Shown here: positions 52,590 to 64,000 of the stretch, one piece after another
Position numbering within the stretch: the stretch's first letter is position 1
How the letters are laid out: each line of letters starts with the position of its first letter
Notes under the pieces: model-generated
Seen by the model: the letters and a program-made list of their open reading frames with translations, nothing else
What the model was told of the DNA's origin: nothing
The model's database searches: none
Source: the human T2T-CHM13v2.0 reference genome, Homo sapiens
DNA length: 64,000 bases
Assembly (NCBI RefSeq): GCF_009914755.1
Contig: NC_060931.1
Reading direction: 5' to 3' (one strand)
Program-made: the position numbers and the translations under genes

Positions 52590-55500
52590 AATAAAATTAG
52601 GGGACTTCAACATGTCACCAACAGCACTAGACAGATAATTGCGATGGAAAATCAAAAGAAACTGAATTTAAACTGGACTGTAGATCAAAGGGACCTAGTA
52701 GACATTAACAGAACATTATACGCAACAAATGTAGAATATATATTTTTTTGTCATCTGTGCATGAAATATTCCCCAAGATAGACCACATGCTTAGTTGTGA
52801 AGCAAGTCTCAATAAATTTTTAAAAAGTAGAAATCATATCAAGTATCTTTTTGGAGCACAGTGGAATAAAATTAGAAATCAATACCAAGAGCAACTCTCA
52901 AAACTATACAAATATATGGAAAATAAACAACTTGTTCCTCAATAATCATTTGTTAAATAATGAAATTAAGGCCAAGATTCAAAAAATTTTTAAGTAAATG
53001 AAAATACACACAACACATCAAAACCTCTGAGGTACAGCAAAAGCAATGCTAAGAGGAAAGCTTATATCACTAAATGCCTACATCAAAAGGATATAAAGTT
53101 CTCAAGTTAACAACCTAATGCCACACTTCAAGGAACTAAAAAACAAGAACAAACTCAAAACTACCAGAAGAAAAAAAATAACAGAGATCAGAGCAGAACT
53201 AGATTGGGACCAAAAAAAAAAAAAAAAAAGATACAAAGGATCAATGAAATGACAAGTTAGTTTTTTGAAAAGATAAATAAAATTGATAGAATGCTAACTA
53301 GACCAACCAAGAAAAAAAGAGGGAAAATTCAAATAAACACAATCAGAAATGATAAGGGTGATATCAGAACTGGTAACACAAAAATGAAAAAGATAATCAG
53401 AGACTACAATGAGAATCTCTACACACACAGACTAGAAAATCTAGAGGAAATGGATAAATTCTTGGAAACATACGATCTCCTAATATTGAGCCAGGAAGAA
53501 ATAGAGACCCTGAACAGACCAATGATAAGAAATGAAATTGAGTCAGTAATTAATAATCTCCTAACAAATAAAAACCCAGAACCAGACAGATTCACAGCCC
53601 AATTTTACCAGATGCATTACACAAAGAAGAGCTGGTACCTATCTTACTAAAAATTATTCCAAAAAAATCAAGGAATAGGGATTCCTCCCTAACTCATTCT
53701 ATGAAACAAGTATCACCCTGATACCAAAATCAGGCAAGAACACAACAACAAAAATAACCTACAGGCTAATATCATTGATGAACATAGTAGCAAAATTCTC
53801 AATAAAATACTAGCAAACTGAATTTAACAGCACATCAAAAAGTTACTACATCACAGTCAAGTGGGTTGTCTGTTACTACATCACAGTCAAATGGGTTGTC
53901 TGTTACTACATCACAGTCAAGTGGGTTGTCTGTTAATACATCACAGTCAAGTGGGTTGTCTTTCAGGAATGCAATATATCCAAATCAATAGGTGTAATTC
54001 ACCACATAAACAGAATTAAAACCAACAATCATAGATCATCTCAATAGATGCAGAAAAGCATTTAATAAAATCCAACGTCCCTTTATGATAAAAAGAAAAT
54101 CTTCATCAAACTGGTCATTGAAGGAACATACATCAAAATAATAAAAGCCATATACAACAAACCCAAAGTAATATCATACTTAATGAGGAAAAGATGAAAA
54201 GTACTGGAAAAAGACAAGTATATCCACTTTCACCACTCCTGTTTAACATAGTACTGGAAGTCCTAGCCAGAGAAATCAGGCAAGAGAAAGAAATAAAAGC
54301 CTCTAAATTGGAAAAAAAAAATGAAATCAAATTATTTCTGTTTGCTGATGACATGGTATTTTACAAATAGAAAACCCTAAAAACTCTTCCAAAAGACTCC
54401 TAGAATTGAGAAATGACTTTAGTAAAGTTCCAGCATACAAAAATCAATGTACAAAAATTAGTAGTATTTCTATACATTCTATACAGAGTGTTCAAGTTGC
54501 AAACCAAATGAAGAACCCAGTTCAATTTACAATGACCACAAAAATATAAAAAAGAATACATCAAACCAAGAAGGTGAAAAATTTCTAAGAGCAGAACTAC
54601 AGTAGTAATAAAAGAAATTATAGATGACACAATCAAATGGAAAAACATCCCATGTTCATAGATTGAAAGAATCAATATAGTTAAAATGACCATATCGCTC
54701 AAAGCATATACAGATTCAATGAAACTCCTATTGAATTACCAACATCATTTTTCACAAAATTAGGAAAAAAAATTCTGAAATTCTTGTGGAACCAAAAAAG
54801 AACCTCAATAGCCAAAGCAGTCCTAAGCAAAAAGAACAAAGCTGGAAGTGTCAAATTACCCAACTTCAAATTATGCTACAAGGCTATAGTAACAAAAATA
54901 ACATGGTATTGGTACAGAAACAGACACAAAGACCATTGGAGCAGAGTACAGAACCTGGAAATAAAGCTGCATATCTATAGCCAACTGATTTTTACAAAGT
55001 TGATAAAAACATACAATGGGAAAAGGGTACTGTCTTCAACAAATGGTGCTGAGAGAATTGGATAGCCATATGCAGAAGAATGAAGCTGGAACCTGTCTCT
55101 CATCATGTGCAAAAATTAACTCAAGATGGATTAAATACTTAAATCTAAGACCCAAAACTATAAAAAAAAACTTGAAAAAAGCTGAGAAATAACTCTTCTG
55201 GACTCTGCCCTAGGCAAAGAATTTATGACTAAGACCTAAAAAGCAGAGGCAACAAAAACAAAAATAGACAAATGGGACTTAATTAAACTTGAAAGCATCT
55301 GCACAGCAAAAGACTTAACAGAGTGAACAGACAACCTGAGGAATGGGAGAAAATATTTGTAAACTATGCATCCAACAAAGGACAAATATCCACAGTCTAC
55401 AAGGAACTCAAAACAATTCAACATACAAAAAACAACCCTAAGAAAAAGCGGGCGAAGGTTATGACCAGACAGTTCTCTAAAGAAGACATACAAGGAGCCA

Positions 55501-56320
55501 ACAAACATGAACAAATGCTCAATATCACTAGTCATAAGAGAAATGCAAATTAAAACCTCAATGAGATACTATCTCACACCAGTTAGAATGGGTGTTACTA
55601 AAAAGTAAAAAAATTAAAAAAAAAATCAACAGATGTTGTTGGTAACAATGTGGAGAAAAAAATATTTATACACTGTTGGTGGGAATGTAAGTTAGTCCAA
55701 CCTCTATGAAAAACAGTATGGAAATTTCTCAAAGAACTAAAGATAGAATTACCATTTAACTCAGCAATTGCACTACTGGTAACTACCCAAAAGAAAATAA
55801 ATTGTTACGTAAAAAAGACACCTGCACTATATGTATGTTTATCTCATTGTTTAGCAAAGTCATGGAATCAACCTATACATCCGTCAGTGGTGCACTGGAT
55901 GAAGAAAATGTGGTACAGATACACCAGGAGCTACTACACAGCCATAAAAAGATTAAATCATGTCTTTTGTCCCAACATGGATGGAACTGGAGGCCATAAT
56001 TCTAAGTGAAATAAGTCAGAAACAGAAAATCAAATACTGCCTGTTAACACTTATAAGTTAGAGCTAAACAATACGTATACATGGACATACAGACTGAAAT
56101 AAAGACACAGGGCACTTCAAAAAGGGGGAGTTTTGAAGGAAGGTGAAGGTTAAAAAAATTACCTATAAGGTACAATGTTTACTTTTTGGGTGAGAGGAAC
56201 CCTGGAAGCCCAAACCTCACCATTACACAATATATCCATGTAACAACATATATCCATGTAACAAACCTGACATGTACCCCCTGAATCTATAAAAATGAGT
56301 AAATAATAATAACAATAATT
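52590..56320 (+). mobile_element. L1PB-type LINE-1, ~3.7 kb, 5'-truncated; decayed ORF2 (endonuclease end, RT, C-terminus) plus 3'UTR
   Basis: ORF2 peptide remnants ([30 protein letters not shown], ttgctgatgacatg = FADD motif) broken by stops and frameshifts. L1PB-type 3'UTR. Confidence 0.93.
53842..53961. repeat. 30-bp minisatellite, 4 copies
   Basis: GTTACTACATCACAGTCAAGTGGGTTGTCT x4 with only 2 substitutions. Confidence 0.97.
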
Positions 56321-57270
56321 AAGTCTTTAGATAGTTTAAACAATAGACAGATTCACCTGAAAGAGATATTTGTGAACTAGAAGTTAGATTTGAAGCTATT
56401 ACTCTGAAAACAGCAAAAAACATGTTCTTTTCCCATTTTCTCTTTTATGTAGAGAAAAAATGAGGAAGAGATATTGAGGATAAAAGGTTAAGGGTGACTG
56501 TAAATCCAGGTGTAACTCCCAATAGAAAAAAAAATAGAGAAAATGGAGTCTTGACATATTTGAAAAAACAGTAGATGAAGATTATTTGGAAAGGACAAAA
56601 CACTTGAATGTACAGACATCAAAAGCAGAATATATTTGAAACAAAGTAAATAAAAATATTTCCAAAAATAAAAACTTCGGAAAAGCAAATATAAAGAAAA
56701 GGTATTTCAATGTACCCAAAAGAAAAAAATGTAAAAAATAAAGACTGTTAGGCAATATTCTCAACAGCAACAACAGAGACCAGAAGACATAAACTACACA
56801 AGAGAAAATGATTGCTTCTTAAGGATTGTTTTCCAAGAATATGATGAGCTCTAAAACTGTTGTATTATTTGCAAGTGTATTACACTGATTGACCCTTATG
56901 CTTTGATAAGTTGTTACGCATTATAGAATTCCAGAGGTAATTAAGAAGAAAACTTAAAATATACAAATATCTTTATTAAGTATTATATCAGTGTAACAAT
57001 TCTGCACATGCACCCCCAATCCAAAATTATATATATATGTATGTAAATATGAAATAAAAATAAAATATACAAGCAAGTAGAAAAAATAAAATAATCCAAA
57101 AACTTCTGGGCAATATAAATGAAAAGGTAAGATTAATAATTCTAAGAATACAAAATAGCAATAATTCTAAAAATGCAAAAATAGCAAAATAGAGACAAAT
57201 TTTAAGTTAGAGATTTCAGAATAAAATTGAAATAAATTAAAAGAAATTTAAAAAGAATAAAAATATAGGC
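56320..57270 (+). mobile_element. Older L1M ORF1-region remnants (probably also about 52200-52590)
   Basis: A-rich ORF1-like sequence 'gtgaactagaagttagatttgaag...ttctcaacagcaacaacagagaccagaagac'. Confidence 0.55.
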
Positions 57271-57276
57271 TATTTA

Positions 57277-57756
57277 TGAGATGGCGCAGTGACCCCTCTT
57301 AGGCACCTGCCAGTTACCTCTCTGCCTCAAAGCATGGAATAAAAGGAAAATCTTGAGTTCTTCCAGCGGAATTTTCAGGCACCCGGCTAGCCATGAGAAG
57401 TAAATCAGCAATCTGATAAACAAGAAGATAATAATACCTTAAAATAATATCCAAGGAAATTAGAGCCACAAAATGTTTGGTTCTCAATAGAAACTAAAGA
57501 CAGCATCGTAACATGGGTCCCTGAATGGTTTCTCAGAAACCTAGACTCCTACCAAACAAAAATTGCTGCCTGCTGACATGTAGACCTCAGATAAGGAAAC
57601 TGAGGACTGAACTCTGACTTCCTTTCTTTGTTCTAAATTTCCTTCTGAGAAGCCTAGAGGTATTCATGCCGCAGGCCAAAGCCAACATTCCTTTCTGCTG
57701 ACCCAAATTTTTAGACAAATCTTTTCCTCCTTTACCAATCACAAATCAGAAAATTT
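57277..57756 (+). mobile_element. MER72-like ERV1 LTR, 3'-truncated
   Basis: 'aagcatggaataaaaggaaaatcttgagttc...gacctcagataagg aaactgaggactgaactctgac'. No 3' CA end. Confidence 0.7.
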
Positions 57757-57874
57757 ATGTATTATTTAGCATTTGTCTTTTTGTGCTTGGTTTATTTCAC
57801 CTAGCATAATGTCTTATGTTGATCCACTTTGTTACGAATGACAGAATTTCCCTTTTCTAAGGCTGAATAATATT

Positions 57875-57911
<37 letters not shown>

Positions 57912-58340
57912 GTGTGTTACATTCCTTTATCCATTTATCCACAGGTGCTGTAGTTTTCCTGTACTTTTCCTTTTCTAGATTAAGTAAATTCATTTCTATA
58001 CTATTTAGCATATAATTGTTATGAATAAATGTTGTTTGTTCATTAAATGCTTTTTTTGCATCTACTTGTGTGATTTGTCTTTTATTTCCTCAATGTGATA
58101 AAGTACATTAACTGATATCTAATGTTTAACAAATCTTGCATTTCTTAAATAAAATTAATTTGGTTATAAGGCATTATCCTCATTAGATATTAGTAGATTT
58201 AGGTTGCCAAAATTTCTTTAATATCTTTGTCTCTATGTTTAGCAGTAAAATTGATCTGTAAATTTCCTTTTTCTGTACTTCCTTGTTAAGTTTTGGCATG
58301 AAGATTAGGCTAATCTCATAAAAGAGCTGGTCAGTATCTG
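57757..58340 (-). mobile_element. L1M fragments containing (TG)n at 57878-57916
   Basis: 'ttggtttatttcacctagcataatgtc...aaggctgaataatattc' and a reverse ORF2-like stretch. Confidence 0.65.
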
Positions 58341-58392
58341 CCAGTTGTTTTGTTTTGTTTCAGAAAGAAAAACCATAAAAATGATGACATAT

Positions 58393-58719
<327 letters not shown>

Positions 58720-59094
58720 TTAATTTATGCAAAGGACAGTATTTCTTAGGGCCATATGGATTTGAATTGTTCTAGGCAAGATTTTGTTATAATATCATAA
58801 TTGTAGGTATCAGATCCTCCAAACAGTATAAAAATCCTCAAGGTGATGACGTTCTTATTGTTGTTATTTTTACCCAAGACCTCACAAAAATGTCAGGAAT
58901 CCTTTTGCTCAAAACTGGTCATTTGGCTGGATGCTCTTGGGTAAAGTAGAACATATATTTTATTTTATCAATCATTATCTCTAAATTTAATTTTTATATT
59001 ATTTGTAGCATACTATGAGTAATGAGAAAGTACACAAAGCAATAAATTTTTGAGTCCTCCATGAATTTATCATAATGTTATAATCTTACAATAA

Positions 59095-59520
59095 TTATAG
59101 TAACCATTATTGAGTAACTATTGTGTAGCTGGGATTATATGGGCATAATAAATATATGGGCATTTTATATATATAATATACATATATAACATATATATGT
59201 GTCTATAAATATATAACAGATATGTGTATACATAACATATACAGTTTATATATATAACATATATGTGTATATGTAACATATATAGTTTATATATAAAACA
59301 TATATGTGTATATATATATAAAGCATATATATGTGTGTGTGTATATATATAAAATCCTTTTATGCCATTCAACAATCTGTGAGGTGAGAATTAATATGTC
59401 CATTTGATAGCTGAAGAGATGTCCTCTCAGAAGTGTTACATAACCTGCTCATCAAATATGTTGCAGATACAGGATTTGAATCTAGATCTGACACTGAAGT
59501 CCTCATTTTTCCATTGTGTT
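59095..59520 (-). mobile_element. MIR interrupted by a (TA)-rich low-complexity tract (59165-59352)
   Basis: 'aacaatctgtgaggtgag...ccatttgatagctgaagag...caggatttgaatctagatctg'. Confidence 0.65.
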
Positions 59521-59865
59521 GCGACTTCTCCTACTATATGTGTATCCAGACGTATTCATTTTTTCTTCCATTCAAGCAATGTAGGAGGTACTGTACTGGA
59601 GACCAGATAAAAAGACGAACGAGATAGACATGGCCCCCGTCTGAAGTTCTAGTGCAAGGACCAATAATTACAAAAGCATTTACAGCTAATGGCTAAGTAC
59701 TGTGGAAGAAGAAGGGCAGGGGCATCTATTTAAGTCTGGGAAAAGTGAACTCAGCCAGTACTGGAAGAGTGAGTATTATAAATGCTAGGAATGTGAGTAA
59801 AGTTAACTCCAAGAAACTGCACTGGATGGTCTTAAAACTTTTCAGTTATAAATTATAAAAGCTTG

Positions 59866-60190
<325 letters not shown>

Positions 60191-60813
60191 AAATTATAAA
60201 AGCTTAAGAGTCAGTGAATACTTTCAAGTGTCTCTGTTTATGAAGCCAATTAATATACACATTAAAAAATTAAATTTTTTATTTTTTTTTAATTATTCAC
60301 CCAGAAATTTACTTGAGGTTGGAAAGCAACTACATTAAGATGCATGTATGTCAATATGCCTAGGTATCCTTAATATTTACATTACTTCTAAAATGACTGT
60401 ATCACAAAAGGTGCATAACTTTTGTGAGTGCCTTAAAAAATACTTTCTGGTAATAAACTAAGTGCATAAAGAGTTCATCATCTCTTTCAAGCTAGGAAGT
60501 CAAGGCAGGAAGAAAATATTCAAGTAAAAACACACTGAATTAGTAAAACACAATGTGGATCCCAGAAAATTAAAATTCTAAGTGCATAGTAAGTAATCGT
60601 GATGTCTCCATTAGTTTATAATAATTTGTTTTAATTTAAAGGATTTTGGTTTCTCAAGAAATCCTTCTTTAATTATACACATTTGGGGAAGATATAGTTG
60701 TAGAAATGAGTACATATTAGATGCAGATTGGGATAGAAATGCACATGGAAGTCAAGGTGAAGTAGAGAGATATGATACAAAATAGATGATGTAACAAGCA
60801 TAACTTCACTATA

Positions 60814-61263
60814 TGTAGTATTTTTTAACTGCTGCCATAGCAAAGCATCAGAAACCAAGTAGCTTCAACAACAGACATTCATTTTCTTATAGTTTTGGAG
60901 GCTCAAAACCCAGAATCAAGGTGTTGGCAGGGTTGTCTCCTAATAGCTACGAGAAATAATCTGTTCCATGCCTCTCTCCAATTTCTGGCAGTTTGCTGAT
61001 ATCTTGGACATTTCTTGGCTTGTAGAGGTTCACTCTCATCTCTGCCTTCATGTTCATGTAGCATTGTCTCTGTTTGTGTGCCTTCCCCTCTATCCAAATT
61101 TTCTATTTTTTTAAGGACACAGTCATATCGGATTAGGGGCTACCCTAACCAACTAATCTTAACTTGATCATCTGAAAAGACCCTTTTTCTAACTAAGGTC
61201 ACATTCATAGGTGCTAGGGCTTAGAATGTCAGCATCTTTTGGGAGAGGATTCAGCCTATACCA
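60814..61263 (-). mobile_element. MLT1C-like MaLR solo LTR
   Basis: 'aatcaaggtgttggcaggg...ctgttccatgcctctctcc'. TSD CTATA/CTACA. Confidence 0.85.
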
Positions 61264-62245
61264 CTACATGCAATATTAAACAACTGTAATTTTATGAAAC
61301 AATCTTCAGGTGACTAATTTGAATATCACATAGATATACAGTAGTATCTCTTAAAACTCCCATCAACTTATTTTAAAGTTTACATATTTAAAAATAGTTT
61401 CCATTTATTAATATGACAGACCATATACTTGAAGATAGAATTATAGTGGAAAAATAAGAAGAAAAAAATTTTGAAAACCTATAATGAGAAATGAATTACA
61501 TTTTCACTTTGTAGAGCTGTGATATGCATTTTCCTTTTTATCCTTTTTACTTTGTCATTAAATTAACATAGATTCACAAGAAATGTCATACTAATTGGGA
61601 TATCTTTGAATCTGGTGTAGAAAAAGGTCACACTTAATCAAAGCAGGCCAGAATATTCACGAAGTCTTGGTCTTGGCCATACCTCAGCATCATAGGTTTC
61701 ATACCGAATTTATACTGTGTATACATTGCATAAGTTCATTAAGTTATTTAAAGGTAACATGATTTTAAACATCACATTTCAGAACCCTGAAAGTTAAAAA
61801 GGAAAGCCCTCTTCACGTAGTTATATAAATAATAAAAATCCAAAATAATAAACAGCTTTTGTAGTCTTAGATGTATAAATTTTTAAATCAATCTTTATTA
61901 TAATTACTAAGATGGGCTAATTTAAAAACACAAAATTAAAATTGGGTAATACAGTAAAAATATTTTATATTTTTAAGTAGAAGAAGAACTTGAATCAACT
62001 GCCATCGAATAAATTCCCCAAATATATTAGGCTTTAGATAAAAAGTAGTCATAATAGCAGTGACAAAACAAATCTATATAGGTTTTACCTATATTAATTC
62101 CATAAAAACTTGACTCCCTCAACATTCTTATTTAAAGTTCTGAAATCCTTTGTGATTTTATTCTTTTTGATATGATTATATGAGCGATTACCTGATAATG
62201 TTCCTCTGGGCTTGTTCCATGTATGATATAGGGTAACCGATTTCT

Positions 62246-62770
62246 GTATTACGAAGAAACCAAATCAGTCAGATTCCTACCAAGAATGTAAACTCTGCTC
62301 AAAGAAGCAAAATCTATAATCTACTCAAAGAAGCAAAAAGTAAAAGGGATTGCTTACAGAGGTAATAGATGTAATGAGAAGCCAAACAAAGTAGCGACGT
62401 AACAGGAAAATTTGCTATAGCAGGAAGTTGTGCTACGAACCCTAGGCTGGATTTACAAAGGGAAAAGTGGTTTTGGCACAGCCCAGCCGCGTGATTGCCC
62501 AGGTGGAATCATTGTGGGTCTCTCTGTCTGGAGGCAGTGTCATTAAGAAGATGCACCTGTTGCTCATACGACCTGATGCTGGGAGAATGAGAAATACCTT
62601 GGCTTCTCTCTTGCTCCTTACCTCCTATTGACTGAAAAATTAGTGAAATGAAGATTGAGTCTGTCAAATATAGACAAGCCAAAAAAGAAGAAACACTCAA
62701 CAAAGGGAGATTTTCGTACAGGGAACTGGTCACACTACTAGCAAGAAAACTGAAAGGCACTAAAGTCAAT
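62246..62770 (-). mobile_element. LTR33-like ERVL LTR fragments
   Basis: 'tgagaagccaaac...agcaggaag...ccctaggctgg...acaaaggg...agaaataccttggcttctc'. Confidence 0.55.
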
Positions 62771-63299
62771 GACTTTAAAAATAGGATAACATCATTCAGC
62801 AGGGCAGATGCTTTCTAAGTTTTGCTCGGTTTGACAAAATTGGAGAGGAACCTAATTGACTTATTAACTGATGAAAAATGTTTGATGGCAAGTCACAATG
62901 TGACTTTTGGCATGAAATCTGCAAAACAGTTAAGGAATTAAACAACCTGGCTGTAAAAGCGTCCTTTATTTTCCTATGCTACTTTTTGTGAACATGATTT
63001 CTCTCAATGACTATTTATAAACATACACACACAAAGCAAAATTTCTGCTAAAACTAGCCTCATTTTGAAATGTCCACCAACATATGTATAGAATAATTGT
63101 GAAAATATTCAGCTGCCTCATCCATCCTAGTAAGAGACGCATTTTACAGTAGTATTTTACTTAACGTTATTTTCAAATGTCATATTTATATTTTTAAAAA
63201 ACTGTAAATTAGAAATAATTTCAATTATAATTCAATCTAGAATAACAATTTTATTTCTTTGAATATTGTGGTTCCAAGACATTTTAACATAAATTTATA

Positions 63300-63419
63300 T
63301 TTATATTTATATAAATATAAAATAAATATATTTATATTTATATAAATATAAAATAAATATATTTATATTTATATAAATATAAAATAAATATATTTATATT
63401 TATATAAATATAAAATAAA
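63300..63419. repeat. 31-bp 100% AT minisatellite, about 3.9 copies
   Basis: TTTATATTTATATAAATATAAAATAAATATA starts at 63300, 63331, 63362 and 63393. Confidence 0.95.
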
Positions 63420-64000
63420 ATTTTAATTTATTAAATATAAAATAAATTTTTATATTTATATGTATATTAAAAATAAATGTAAATTTAAAGACATACTTAT
63501 TGCAGCATAGTATATTAGTTATAAAATGCTTTCAAACATAAAATATGTTACAGTAATATATTACAGTAATTTTTTGTGGATAAGTAGAAAAACTATGAGT
63601 TCTAACAGAAAAAGCAAGCATTAAAAATTTTTAACTATTAAAAAAGAGATTAATGCCATAATGTATTTTAATGAATTATGAGGGATATCAAATTGCTGTG
63701 GTATTCGTAGTCTTTAAAATAGATCTTTAAAAGTAATATAATTTCATTTAGCAATATCAATACTCATAAAAATCAGTTTGTACACTCAGTTTTGAAAATT
63801 ACATTATTTGCAGAAACTTCAACTTAAGCAAAATATAAAATGTAGATAGTAACAATAATGTGCAAAGGGGTTCATAGTTATTTAAAATTACTTTCTGGAA
63901 GAGTGATCAAAACGTTTGAAGGTCACTAATCTAATCTGCCACCTTGATGGATATGTCTCTTATTTAAATTCATTGTAACTTTATAGAGATAAATTAATGT

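Noticed and set aside
53842-53961. Regular 30-bp repeats superficially like a CRISPR array
   Set aside because: They are head-to-tail with no spacers, in eukaryotic L1 sequence, with no cas genes.
53291-55999. L1 ORF2-like ORFs of 64-119 aa
   Set aside because: They are fragments of a 5'-truncated L1PB with many stops and frameshifts. The element is not retrotransposition-competent.

Overview
This is AT-rich, CpG-depleted primate genomic DNA, almost certainly human because it carries an AluYa5. Roughly half of it is recognisable interspersed repeat: about 20 Alu/FLAM copies, several L1 fragments including a ~3.7 kb L1PB, L2/MIR/L3 relics, about 11 ERV1/ERVL/MaLR LTRs and Tigger/hAT DNA-transposon relics. 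I recognise no protein-coding gene, RNA gene or CRISPR-like system. Most ORFs in the track are Alu-, L1- or LTR-derived or chance ORFs. The main non-repeat signal is a ~3 kb repeat-free island (21.2-24.3 kb). It holds a compact promoter/enhancer-like motif cluster (23.23-23.48 kb), and a chain of plausible minus-strand exons runs away from it (23.1-23.4 kb, 22159-22384, 16550-16646, 11940-12004). Two plausible plus-strand exons (1660-1775, 29685-29757) bracket that chain. This suggests a multi-exon 5'UTR or lncRNA with an overlapping antisense transcript; I cannot name the gene. Structural oddities include an AluYa5 nested in an older Alu tail, an LTR>MER44>MER8 nest cut by a microhomology deletion that leaves only an L1PA7-like 5' promoter stub, a 65-bp duplication around an inverted L1 piece, a 30-bp minisatellite in an L1, and a 31-bp all-AT minisatellite made of perfect palindromes. 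Repeat subfamily names come from remembered consensus sequences and need RepeatMasker/Dfam confirmation. Boundaries of old repeats are approximate.
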